64,000 nt of DNA from Eledone cirrhosa (lineage: Eukaryota): the NCBI GenBank assembly GCA_964016885.1, contig OZ024740.1, positions 367,288,001-367,352,000 of the forward strand, read 5' to 3'. The notes under the pieces are model-generated. The model ran no database searches and was not told the origin of the DNA. It saw only the letters and a program-made list of their open reading frames with translations. Every line of letters begins with the position of its first letter. Position 1 is the stretch's first letter. This document shows positions 14,429 to 28,709 of this stretch, piece after piece. The position numbers and the translations under genes were made by a program.

Positions 14429-14527
<99 letters not shown>

Positions 14528-15989
14528 GTAATAATAATAATAGGAAACGTTAGGATATATAACAAGTCAAAATAAGAAGGATATTTAATTGAGGGTCTTT
14601 CACGCAGTACGTCATATGAAAGTGAACGATGAATAACCTTTGAAACTATGTACTGAAAATTGCATCAAATCATTGAAAAATAATTCTATTGCCCTATAAA
14701 ACCTGAACACTTTGTCTATCAATTTTACGTTATCGCGCTCGACAAATGCCAGACAGAAGAATCACTGAATGTCTCATCTTTTGTTGATAAAACAACAAAA
14801 TTAAACAAATAATGGAAAGAAAGAAATTGAATTTAGATACATTTGTATTGACTGAACTATCGGCTCGTATTCCTAGACGTATAAAGATTATTAGAAATAC
14901 CCATCTCTTCGCTTCTTCAATTTGATTACTTTTGCAAATAATCCCAGTAAATGGCAAGCGAAAAGGTCTCATTGAAATGATGGCCTATAAGTCCCTACCC
15001 GCTCATTTTATCTCGAAAAAGATTTGCTGCCACATATGGCAACATATGAAAGTTCACAAACAAATATGTATATGTTTGTGTTGAAGTGTACATATGTATT
15101 TCGATTACTATCACTATGAATGAGATGATAATAGAATTAGTTTTGTAGTTGAACTGGCTAAATTGCTTTACTCCAAGATGTAGTTGCAGTTTTGACATTA
15201 GGCTGACATTCAACTGCAAAAGAGAAGAGAGGTGGCAAAACTGAATTAAGTAGAGACGTAATAAATAATGCGAGATTTATTATCGTAACCTCTCGATGTT
15301 ATCTTTTCCTTAAATTGGCAAACTCTCAAAAACCAGAGGCCATATTTAGCAATGAAAGAATAGCGAAAGGAAATGAACTGTGTTGAAATCTATTAGAATT
15401 ACATTTCTCTGAAAGGTGTAGACCCTACTTGAAAAGATCTCTCCTTTTGCAAGAAGTATCTTGACATTTGGAATGCCTAATAGGTCTCAGTGTTTTCTGA
15501 AAGTTTTCAACAGTTATTCACATCATCTTGTTTAAATGTAGTTTATGCAATGATATTTCAATTTTTAAGTTCAATATTTCTTCAAGTAAATATTTTTAGT
15601 TGCCATTTATCCTAAACAAAGCATATTTTCAACATTTCTATTGGCGCCAAAAATAAAAACTAAGAGATTCGAAGTAATACTTAGGGATAAAGCCGGTTCT
15701 TTATGAGAGAATTTATTTGCGTCAAGATTTCTTCGAAAAATTATTTTTAGTTGCCATTTATTCAAAACAAAGCCCATTTTCAGTAATACTGCATCTAAAA
15801 TAATACAAAAATAATGTGCACATTATCTGTTAAAAATCATATTTACAACAAAATGTTAATCAATCATATAATAGTTCTAGATTATTTACAACTTCCATAA
15901 TTATGGAATATAATCAAATAAAGGTATGTGAAAATAATATATAAAGAGAATTAATATTATCAAATCCATAGTTCTCTCCACAATCTCTG

Positions 15990-16920
15990 GTCATGTAACC
16001 GCCATGGGATGCACCATTTTGTTACAATTTCAATGAACAAAATCTTATATTTTCTGGGATTGTCAAATTCTTTTGCCACAATATTGTGATCACCTGGATT
16101 GACCATAACAATCAACAAACATACATTGTTATTTTAGTATTTTACAATATTATCCGATTTAATAGCTTTGATAGTTTTGTCTGTATATACAGGAAAGTCT
16201 CCAAGGATCGTAACATTTTCTCTCACAGTTACAGCCTCAAGGTTATGCTGATCCCGCTTTTCAGCAATTTTATTTTTAATGCCTACGTATTAACCAGTGA
16301 AGATATCGGTCAACTCTGTTATGCCTTGATGTACACTCTACTGGTTCTGAAACGTTACATAGAGTGATTAGATGGTCTACTGTTTCAATCTCATCATTGC
16401 AGAATGGGCACTTTAGATCTTACTCCATCTCTCATCATATTGACTTAATAGATCAGATCAGAGTTAATAAGATTTGACATTGAGCAGCTAAGATGAAACC
16501 TTCACTATCTGCTTTTCGGTCTGAACTATGTAGCCACTGGTGGGTGTGCTTCTTGCCAATCAGCTTGTTTGCTACCAGCCATATGTTTGCCATACAGATG
16601 TTTCTGCTTCTAATTTGATGCTAATTGTTCATGCCAATTTATTTTAGCCATAAATGTATTTCCTTTGCAACAACAGTTGCCACAGTTCACTCGGTCTGTC
16701 CAGCCTGGATATCCATCATGAAATTAGTAGCAAAGTGTTTTCTCTCGTTCAAGATCGAATAGAACATCATACTCCTTTCATGTTTTTCAACGAGTTTCAA
16801 CATCCAGTAGTTTGTTGTTTCACATTATTTGACTTGTCCAATTCTGGTGGATTTGAGAGAGAGTTCAATCTGGTTCAAACCTCCGCAGATTTAGAGCCAT
16901 CATACACTGGATAACATTGG
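15990..16920 (-). mobile_element. Decayed R4/Dong-like non-LTR element (C-terminal part)
   Basis: Minus strand reads KQKHLYGKH..HTHQWLHSSDRKADSEGFILAAQ..CPFCNDEIETVDHLITLC, homologous to the 48070-49824 protein (LTHQWLASSGLKSETEGLIISAQ..CRVC..ETIDHIISMC). Confidence 0.75.
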
Positions 16921-19646
16921 ATGAAATGCCAGCGTCATGAAACAGCCACAGAAAAGAAGTCAATACAAACACACACTAGAAATCTTTACCTCAGACTGTG
17001 ACACGCCAATCCATACTAAAAATCCCAACTTATCTAACGTAGCCTAATAAAACTTTTCCATCTTTAAGATATATTTAATGATGTAAACATTACACTAAAC
17101 AGTAATGATTGTCCAGATATTAAGATAATGAGTTGCTCTTTCATGTAATATCTTTTTAACAGCAGTATATTGTTACAGGTAATATATTTCTACATTTAAT
17201 GGAGAATCTTTAACATGGATTCCCAACGACATCCCAGCTTCGTATTGCAATGAGTAGAGGTCATTTGCCACGTTGTCGTTAATATATATAATATGTCATG
17301 TTTGTCTGCAATGCACCAGATGCATACATAATAATGTAAAATAAAACATGGTATTAAAGAATACGAAATATGCTAAATATATTCTACGTAGAAATAATGA
17401 TTCCGGGAGGAAATATAACATAATTGTATATATAAGTCGGTTAGAGACCGCCTCTGTATTCAGCATGTAATGGCATCATCTATTAATTTGTTCCTCTCAA
17501 ATATATTATTGCATCAAAATAAATATGTATTGTCATCTCAACAACGCATATGTTTATTACATTGCCTTTATTACTTTGCCAAACAATTTTAATACCGCTT
17601 TTCATTAAATATCATTAACACATATACATCAACAAAAATATAAAGAAAATGTGATTCCATATAGTTACTATATGATTTAGTTAATTCTCCGAAAGAGTAC
17701 ATATCTGATGCTTTCATCTCAGAATGTTGAGGTTTTAAACAAGGATTATAGTGTTTGATTATTTAAAGGAAAATCTTGTTTTACATTTCTAGCTGCTGCT
17801 TTCGTATACAGTCTATTCTTTCTTCTTATTATTGTGGGTAAACTTCTGAGAGTTCTGGCGAATATATCAGAAATACTTTAAGTACTTTTCTGAAGAAAGA
17901 AATTGAACAGAGAATTGCTAGATTCAATGTCTATTTACTATGGCCAGCACTAGCAAAGTATAAGTATTTCGAATAATCATAGAGCACAGCACCAGTAAAA
18001 AGATATAAAACATGGACGTAATGCACAGAATAACAAAAAAACTTATCAATTCACAGTTTTGGACACATAAGCTTTGATAATCAAATATATATTTATCATT
18101 GCCTCACTTGAGGGAGGAAAATATTATTGGTCGGCAGAGATTTGGCTTAAGAGAGGGCTCTTTCTAAAGTATTGATTTTAATTTGATATTAGATGTTTAA
18201 TCTGTGTTTACACTTGCATTGGTTACTCTTACGCATGTATTTCTTCTGCCTTAAGTTAGTGTAAACATTATGTAAGTATATTAATATATTATGTAAATGA
18301 ATTAATTTGGGTAGAAGGATTTGACCATTTTCGAATTTGTATTGACTTTGACGTTTATAATATCGGGAAAAGTCAAAATATCCGCGAACATTTACAATTA
18401 CCGTTTTCTATCGTTTAAGAAACACACGATTCTAACCGTGTAGAATTCTTTTGATTTTGATGCAAAGAATTCCGTCCGCTACTGATTGAAGTAGTTTTCA
18501 TTGGTGAATGTATTTGACTGCATTTCACAACTCATTGTGATAAAAAAAAGGTGATAGTTTGTAGGCATGAGGTCGGGTGAATACGGCTGGCGGGGCAGAA
18601 CCTCCCAAATTGGCTCCGGCAGGTTCTCACGCCTCATTCTTGATGTATGCAGCTAAGAATTATCATGGAGGAATGAAACATGTCCATGGGGTGAAAGTGT
18701 GCGAATTTAGCCGCTAAACTGTCAAATTGTTGGCAATAGACCTCAGAGGTTAAGCTGGTGTTTCCAATCATGCCAGACACTCTATAGCGCCTTGCGAGGG
18801 TGAGGCAACGTTTGCTTGCTATTGTGACGCATTTTCTTTCTCAACCCACGACCACTAGAATGTAACCGGCTGGTTGTGCGATGTTAGGTGAGCAGAAATG
18901 TCGCAGCTGCCACCCTACCATCACAATTACAGTCAGTCAGATTGTGGAGCACACATTGGTCCAGCTTGGTCACCTTACCTATTACATGCAAATGATTGCG
19001 GATGGTTGATTTCTATACCCCAAACACTTCAGAGTGTTGACCAGATGTATATCTGCATGGGTCGACTTCAACTGGCTCACACAGTCGCTCGCTTTTGAGG
19101 TCGGATGTACGTCCGGCATGGGCTCGAACATTACGGCTGTACTCACCGGAAAGGGAGCGTACCAACAAGTACCTGGTTCTGCTTTCAGATATGGTGTGTT
19201 ACCCATATGAATTGTTTATGCGACGACTCAATGCTGCTGCGCTTAGGAAATATTTGAAACCATAAAGTAAATAGCCACGAATAAACGCTTTGAATAGATC
19301 CATGTTGCTTTTAATTTGACGGTGTAGCCGAAAATGCAAATGCACATAGTGAATACTACCCTCACCTTTTATAAATGTGCACTTGTGAAACATTCAATAT
19401 TTCCAGAATACTTCCTTTTGAATAACGGCGGTAACTTTCTGGTCTTACTCAATATATACTCGTATATATATATATATATATAAATAGGAAAATTTGCTTC
19501 GTAGAATCGAGACGTATCCGAGGACCGCGCGATTTCAGAGTCAGGTTTGATCACCACATCGATCGTGCCTCGAGCTGGTCGCCCGAGGAACAATTGTAAT
19601 ATGTTCAATAAATTACTTTCGTCGCAACACTGATTCTCTTTTTTCT

Positions 19647-19693
<47 letters not shown>

Positions 19694-19709
19694 ATGTGTG
19701 TGTGTGTGT

Positions 19710-19786
<77 letters not shown>

Positions 19787-20519
19787 AGCGAGTGCGTGTG
19801 TGTGTGTGTGCTGCATTTAATAGTTTGCCATAACTGTCTAGATATTTCATAAAATAAGAAATTCAAGACAATTGATGTCAGACTCCATATGATAAATTCT
19901 GTCATTAAGCTAATGCAAGAAATACACATTTGACTGTCTCCTATAAACATTAATTACTAAACTTCACACTTGTTACAATTTAATTAATTCTTATAACGTC
20001 ACGAATGTTAATCAGGCATCGAAGTGTTAAATGTCAATCGTATAGAATATAAATTCAATCTAAATGAGTCCTGGGATTTCTTGGTCTCTTTCATTATCAG
20101 TAGGTTCGCAATTATTAAGCAGGAAGACCTATTTACAGAGTATATTCCCTGGCTGCTATCACATTGAGATATATGCGTTTTGTTATTTACAAATCTGATG
20201 GATATCGAAATAATCTAACCTACAAAGAATCAGGTTTAGTATATGTATATAATTTATACTCCAGTATATCACACGATCTTGGTTCAAATTTTATTTGAAA
20301 TTATATTTAATATCAAACAATTCGTGATCTCTAAAAGGGCTATCAGTAATATAATGATGTAAACATAAATATGCTAAATAATTATCTTATTGAAATTGTC
20401 ATTCTGCTAAGGTCTAATAAGTCATTATTTCTTTTATAATATTAGACATTGCATAAACAGTGTAGAGACGAAATTAAGGCATTTAATTGCTTCGTTAGTT
20501 GTATCACTGTTCAGTGTTC

Positions 20520-20800
20520 AAATGTACCGCATTTACTTGAAATTCCATACGTCCAGGATATCAATACTAATATCAATACTACTTGTGCATCAGTTTCATT
20601 TATATTCCGGCCAGCATATTCATCCTCATTCTACTACGAGCAGATTATCATGTATGATCAATATATTTAAGCAATTCAATGTGGCTTTTGTTAACGCCAA
20701 AACTATAGTTACAATCTCCAACTTGAGAAGTATCTAGAACACCACTCGAATTGCAGGCATCATATTATCACCTGGTTTGTGAACCTTGCAGCAGTGTTTG
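20520..20800 (-). mobile_element. Possible ancient RTE-like RT remnant
   Basis: Faint QG(F).PG.. and ..KA..-like motifs and a YGIS stretch on the minus strand, heavily decayed. Confidence 0.3.
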
Positions 20801-22424
20801 TTTCTGTCCACTGAAATTCATTCTGGGATATGACACCTATAAAGCTGCTGAATAGATATCTACATGTCTTCATAGCGGATTTTGGTCTAGGGCAGAGTTC
20901 CATCAGGCGTCAAAAGTCCGCATCTACTTAACCCGTGTTCGCACCCTCCTACCATTCTATAAATGTGTGGGGCGCGTCCAATGAGATGGCATTGATTATG
21001 CAACCTGGAAATACTGTATTTGACCAGGTTTGTCTTCTCCGAATTCCTCATATTCGAGTATTGGTGTGTGTGATATTCCGAAATTCTTTGTCGCTGTTTG
21101 ATTATTTCTCCCAACAATACCTACTCCCACAACACCCCCGTTAATTTGCTCATGTACTCCACCACGCCACGCATAAGAGGAAATCCTCGCAATTGCATCT
21201 GAGCCCCTCCCATGAAAGGTTAAATGATGGGGCAGTTTAGAACATATGAAGTCTGATGAAGTCTGATCTTGAGCTAATGTCTTGTCTCAGTATATATGTT
21301 CGCAGTTAAAACCCCGGTTGGCTGGAAATATCTACGTTGAATGTCTGTAATTACGATACAACTGCTGTGTTTATTCATTAGTTAAAGCAGGTTCAACCCT
21401 TTCTTGATGATTGGCATAAGAATTACATATATTTGATGCAGGTAGTGAAAAGTCAGTTACAGTAGGATTAGAATTCAGAATGCCGATTGATGCAACAAAA
21501 TATTGCAACATTTACATTACGGCGCTCTCTAGGGACTGCACAAAGTAAATGTTGGTGTTATTATTGGGGTTGCTGATGCTATCATCTTCATTGTTGTCGT
21601 TGCTCTTATTTAGCTTAAAAACAGCCATGATTGCACAAACCCATAATCAGACATTATAGCAGTAAATACCTAGTATAATTCAAATAGTTTATCGAGGCCA
21701 ACAATAATAAAGACGTCTTTCGTTTACCTACATAAATAGGATGGTATTTGAGGATGAATGATTTGATATTGCCAGTTACTGAACGACTAAATAGACACAT
21801 GCAGAGCAGGTGTTATCTATTCCTGTTTATTGTGTCCCTTTCACCGCTCCTCAAATATATAATGTCTTCCTGTTCTCCATCGATATATGAAAATTATTTA
21901 CAAACAGGAAATAATAAAGCCTGGCTATTTTCAAAATTTATATTGGGATCAATAACCATATTCGAATCTATAAACTTTCCTTGCATCATATTTATCTAAT
22001 ACTCAACTAAATTTATTTCCGTTTAATATATGCTATAATTTGTAGAACGCTGTATATACGTGGTTCAGAGCAGTCTTTGTTTAAATGCTGCTTTCGAATT
22101 TGTAAAATTCACGTCCCCATCTCAAGAATAATAATTATTCTTCAATGTAAAATGTAGCGTTGCAAATCCTAAGGGGTGTATATAGCTTTCTATTAGAGAC
22201 GTAATGTAAATTCCTGGAATTCAATGCTGATAATGCATTACCACAAAGGAATAGAAAGGAATAGAAAGTTACAAAACCCCATCCAAGCAAACTAATATAA
22301 GTTACAATCGAATTATATAGTTTAAAAAGAAAACACTATTCGTTGGGAAAAAATCAGGATTCAAAATGAACACCCGGAACAAACAAAGGAACGAATAGCC
22401 GAAGTCATTAGAGACTCGGATATA

Positions 22425-22545
22425 CTTCTATGTGGTATTTTTTCCGGCTTTCCCCACACTGAATTCAAATCCAAAGAAAGTCAACTTTGCTTTTCTTCCT
22501 TTTAAAGTTTTTAAAACTAAGAACTGGATCAAGGGCAGTGGATTA
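22425..22545 (+). mobile_element. Degenerate Meta-like SINE
   Basis: ctgaattcaaatccaaagaaagtcaactttgcttttcttcct. Confidence 0.5.
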
Positions 22546-23286
22546 GCAGAACAGTTAGTTATTCTGATGACAAGGTTTATTAACATCTGATTTCCGTTGG
22601 ACATCATCGGAGGCATCAAGCGTGGTAACTTGTATTCATGGACGAATGCCAGGCTTTAACGCAATACTTTGTCTATGTCTGTTTCGGAGATTAATATTTC
22701 AAATTGACTATCATCCAATCAGGTCTACAGAAGCTCTAAATAGCCTCACATATTTATGCAATAATTTTAAAAACATCATCTAACAGATTCAGAAACGTTT
22801 ACATCATTATTAATTCGTCATGTTATTCTAATATTGTAATGTTATTATTGGTGTACTACGATAATTTTGTGGAGTGGCCTAAGAACCTGAGAAGTAGAAC
22901 ATTTTTTTTAGATAGTTAGACAAGTAATAATTTGATAAGGTAATCAGTATACACTACTGGCATTGATATATGTGAAAACATAAATATATGATCTATGATT
23001 CAAATTCGCATTCTTATGCTCCAGGGTTTTCATGTCACGATTGACAAGTATTTTCTTCCTATAAGAAGCTATAGGAGGAGAAAAATTCTGTGAAGTTTAG
23101 AGCAAGTAAATATATATTGTAAAATATGAGTACTAGCTCATTGTTCATTCAAGTGACTGTTATTTAATAGCATTACAATTGATACATAATGCTATTTGAT
23201 AATCGCAACTTGATTAACATATTCTGAAAAACTATCCGCGGTTGCTTTCGTTGACAGAAATTCGTGGAGCACCACGCACGCACACG

Positions 23287-23321
<35 letters not shown>

Positions 23322-23730
23322 GTATATATATACATACATTTACACATATGTATATATGTGTGTGTATGTGTGTGTGAGTGTGTATGTGTGTGTGTGTGTG
23401 TGTTTATTTGTTTGTTTTACCACCTCTATTTTACTTCTTAAGATTGGGTAAGAATTCGTGACCAAAAAAAATCACATATAAGGACCCTTATGATGAGATC
23501 CATATTGATTTCCTTGAAATCCATATATATGATATAAAAGTTAAATATAAATATGAATAGTTGAAATAAACCCATGAAATTAAGCGTTACAGTAAGCTAC
23601 AGCACATATTTCATTTCGTCAATTGAAACCACTACCAATGGCTCCTTGCAATGTTCCTATGCCAAAACCTTACATAATTCGCCAGGTTACAATTCCAGCA
23701 TAGCAACCTTACGAACCCCGTGTACATTTT

Positions 23731-23902
23731 GTGGTATGTGAATTGAAAAATAAAGAGAATCGAAATGGAATTGAAATAAAAAGTGAAATAACCAAATCTT
23801 CTGTGCTTATCAACAGGTACCCAGTAAAATTAGTATATCCCACATCAAAAACATAGCAGGTCTGACTTTTCGATTCTCTTTATTTTTCAATTCACATACC
23901 AC
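23731..23902. repeat. 35-bp perfect inverted repeat with a ~100-bp spacer
   Basis: gtggtatgtgaattgaaaaataaagagaatcgaaa (23731-23765) and its reverse complement (23868-23902). Confidence 0.9.
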
Positions 23903-24128
23903 CGTTGCGAAACGTATGTAGGTTTCGAGGTTCAAATTCATCTACGGAGCAGGTTTGGATTTTGAAATTTAAATATGTCCAGGAACCATGGCCATTGCCA
24001 ATATAAGCTTGTCTTTATTGATTTATATCGAGACAGACAAATTGTATTCACTTTAATTAGTTTATTTCATTAATAGCTAACTTTGTCTGTTACAATGCAA
24101 ACACGTTTTGTGTTTATCATATATTTTA

Positions 24129-24186
<58 letters not shown>

Positions 24187-24473
24187 AAATAACGAAACGA
24201 AATTAAATTTCGTTTCGTTTGTAACTCACTTTTGTATGACTGACGCTTAAACAATTAAGTTAAAAATGTACATCCACATATGTATACTGAAATACTAGTA
24301 TGCATATGAATACACACACGTATACATATGTAGATGTACCAAGTTTTTCACTGGTCACTTTACCGTGAGTGTCCAGCTATTCTGTATGTAAACACACAGA
24401 CAAACCGGTTTTTAGAGTCATACTGGTTTTTGAGGAAACACCTTTCCTCTATTCTCCAGAAAGCCAGACAAGG

Positions 24474-24518
24474 AATATTGAACTAGTTTCGTTGTTGTTA
24501 CAACTCATCAGCAATATT
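24474..24518 (-). ncRNA. Minimal type I hammerhead ribozyme (family A, inverted copy)
   Basis: Exact reverse complement of 24714-24758. Confidence 0.9.
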
Positions 24519-24713
24519 TACCTATCTACCGGCCTTTCTGGAGAATCGTAAAAGCACATATCGTTTCGTTTCGTTATTTGTTTTTATCGTCTCCGTTGAA
24601 CCGGTACGTACTCACACTCTATGCAAATTAGTCTGCCCACTACTAATTTTCATAGAAAAAGCATATAACGATATGTGCTTTTACGATTCTCCAGAAAGGC
24701 CGGTAGATAGGTA

Positions 24714-24758
24714 AATATTGCTGATGAGTTGTAACAACAACGAAACTAGTTCAATATT
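24714..24758 (+). ncRNA. Minimal type I hammerhead ribozyme (family A)
   Basis: aatattg-CTGATGA-gttg(taacaa)caac-GAAAC-TA-GTT-caatatt: perfect 7-bp stem I, 4-bp stem II, palindromic stem III AACTAGTT. Confidence 0.92.
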
Positions 24759-25179
24759 CCTTGTCTGGCTTTCTGGAGAATAGAGGAAAAGTGTTTCCTC
24801 AAAAACCAGTATGACTCTAAAAACCGGTTTGTCTGTGTGTTTACATACAGAATAGCTGGACACTCACGGTAAAGTGACCAGTGAAAAACTTGGTACATCT
24901 ACATATGTATACGTGTGTGTATTCATATGCATACTAGTATTTCAGTATACATATGTGGATGTACATTTTTAACTTAATTGTTTAAGCGTCAGTCATACAA
25001 AAGTGAGTTACAAACGAAACGAAATTTAATTTCGTTTCGTTATTTGTTTTTATCGTCTCCGTTGAACCGGTACGTACTCACACTCTATGCAAATTAGTCT
25101 GCCCACTACTAATTTTCATAGAAAAAGCATATAACGATATGTGCTTTTACGATTCTCCAGAAAGGCCGCTAGATAGGTA

Positions 25180-25224
25180 AATATTGCTGATGAGTTGTAA
25201 CAACAACGAAACTAGTTCAATACT
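25180..25224 (+). ncRNA. Minimal type I hammerhead ribozyme (family A, second monomer)
   Basis: Same as 24714-24758 except one distal stem I mismatch (caatact). Confidence 0.9.
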
Positions 25225-25445
25225 CCTTGTCTGGCTTTCTGGAGAATAGAGGAAAGGTGTTTCCTCAAAAACCAGTATGACTCTAAAAACCGGTTTGTCT
25301 GTGTGTTTACATACAGAATAGCTGGACACTCACGGTAAAGTGACCAGTGAAAAACTTGGTACATCTACATATGTATACGTGTGTGTATTCATATGCATAC
25401 TAGTATTTCAGTATACATATGTGGATGTACATTTTTAACTTAATT

Positions 25446-26860
<1,415 letters not shown>

Positions 26861-27661
26861 TTGGAAAATGTGTGTAATCCTTGGTACAGTTAGGTATATT
26901 AAGACAGGGGGGAAGAAAAAATGGCTTCACTTGTGCTTTCAACAAATTTATTTTCTTCACAAAATCCAAAAAGAATTTTTCTTAAAAAAAATTATTTTAT
27001 AAATTAAGTTGTTGGTTGTTGGTTAGGTCTTAGGAGTTCTTGGTTAACGTAGGAGGCATTGTTTCGTTTTTAGAAAGACCTTTCACGCTGAGGTGCGCTT
27101 GTCAAACTGATGTGTATGTGGTGTGTTGTTCTATATATAGGGATTTAACATGTCTATGGTGTGATGGAGGTTTCTTTTCTCCCCCTTTAATAAGTGCATG
27201 GGTGTAGGTGTGTTGAAAAAGTGTTCATAGCAGTAATGAGTTGAGACGGTGAGTAGGGCTGGGTGGGGAGAAATGTAGCAAGTGCGGCCTGCCCCGGTCA
27301 TTCTCGAAAAATTCCTTTATTCAGGGGAAAAAGCTTTTAGCATGGCCTTTGTGTTGAGAATGGTCACAGGCAAATGGCACCTGTCAAGTCTGTGAATAAT
27401 TATTATTATTTCTTTGTTTTTTCCTGAAGAATTTTTCTACGTCCTGTGACCATTCTCAACACAAAAGCGCACCTCAGCGTGAAAGGTCTTTCTAAAAACG
27501 AAACAATGCCTCCTACGTTAACCAAGAACTCCTAAGACCTAACCAACAACCAACAACTTAATTTATAAAATAATTTTTTTTAAGAAAAATTCTTTTTGGA
27601 GTTTGTGAAGAAAATAAATTTGTTGAAAGCACAAGTGAAGCCATTTTTTCTCCCCCCTGTC

Positions 27662-27666
<5 letters not shown>
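26861..27666. mobile_element. Non-coding element with ~200-bp inverted arms (PLE-like inverted terminus)
   Basis: ~26897-27100 is the reverse complement of ~27466-27666. An inner IR pairs ~27348-27370 with ~27443-27465. (TA)n on both sides. Confidence 0.65.
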
Positions 27667-27692
<26 letters not shown>

Positions 27693-27693
<1 letters not shown>

Positions 27694-27881
27694 ACGGAGG
27701 AGTTGTGGTAAGAAACCAGATGGACCACAACGCACCAGAGTACTCAATACTTATGGTAGTAGAGTGGGGAATAGGAGAGAGTATGACCCCGATGGCAGAG
27801 CTCAAGCCGTTTCAACGGCTATTTCTGGACTGAAATAGCCGTCGAAATGGCTTGAGCTCTACCGTCGGGGTCATACTCTCT

Positions 27882-27886
<5 letters not shown>
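27693..27886 (-). repeat. Fold-back repeat with a half HHR (family of 7451 and 45645)
   Basis: ~115-bp palindrome at 27771-27885 centred on gctatttc-tggact-gaaatagc. Confidence 0.75.
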
Positions 27887-27944
<58 letters not shown>

Positions 27945-27949
<5 letters not shown>

Positions 27950-28280
27950 TTTATAAGTATGTATACGTACATACATATATGTATACAGACGCACAGTAGT
28001 ATGTATATATATATACATACATGCACACATATATATATATGTACGTATGGGTTTACCGAACATTTATCATAATGTTCGGTTTCTTTCTAAACAAACCGAA
28101 CATTTATCATAATGTTCGGTTTCTTTCTAAACAAACAGCCCAAATTAAGCCGATATGCAAATTAGGCTGCTCAGTCGTTAATATGCATAAGGAAAGTATA
28201 TACTTTCAAACGTTCAATCATCTGACAAGAAGGCATACGATACTGACGATAGCTAAAAAGCTTCAAACTAGTTCATCGTT
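27945..28280. mobile_element. Rearranged, decayed copy of retrozyme family B
   Basis: 27950-28090 matches 31716-31860. 28150-28280 is in the opposite orientation, with ATGCAAAT and CTGACGA-tagct(aaaa)agct-t-CAAACTAGTT. Confidence 0.7.
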
Positions 28281-28709
28281 GAACCAATATGAGTTAATAA
28301 CTCTGTATTTTACTTGTATTTCGGCTCCCCATCTAGGTGGGCTTATAAGTTGTAATATGAGTGTAATAAGGCTATTATTTCTAGTATAACCAATCATACC
28401 AGGTATAGCGTGCATCCCACGAGGTGCATATTTTTAGTCCTCGAGTTGCTGTTAGATGTGTTTTGTTTCATTTGATCTAATCTCTCGCTGAGGTAAGTAT
28501 ACAGATTATCTGTTACAAACACAATTTTCAGGGCGAAACAGATTAAATCTTTAATCTCTCCGAGAGATGAAATGGTTTTTGATACGGTCAGTATAGAATT
28601 ATATCCTACTGTATGTTTAAGATTAAATATTTAAAACATTTGTGACATTCTCTACCCTCGTAATTTTAGACACGGAATTTACTGTGTTTATTTATACATA
28701 TATTACTAT

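Larger units (their letters stand above)
24181..25449 (+). mobile_element. Retrozyme-like non-coding element, family A: 466-bp tandem monomers plus an inverted partial copy, with 3 HHRs
   Basis: Direct repeat offset 466 (HHR cores at 24721 and 25187). 24181-24564 is an inverted copy. Flanked by (TA)n, no coding capacity. Confidence 0.85.

Noticed and set aside
17793-17975. Exon-like stretch after tttacatttctag
   Set aside because: Stops in all three frames and no recognisable product
18560-19200. GC-richer block, possibly an old LINE fragment
   Set aside because: Only a faint KCLG motif on the minus strand, too weak to assign a family
24369-25329. Three near-identical 60-aa ORFs (MSSYSVCKHT...)
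   Set aside because: GTG-start ORFs antisense to the HHR inside the repeat. Their identity reflects the repeat, and no protein motif is present.
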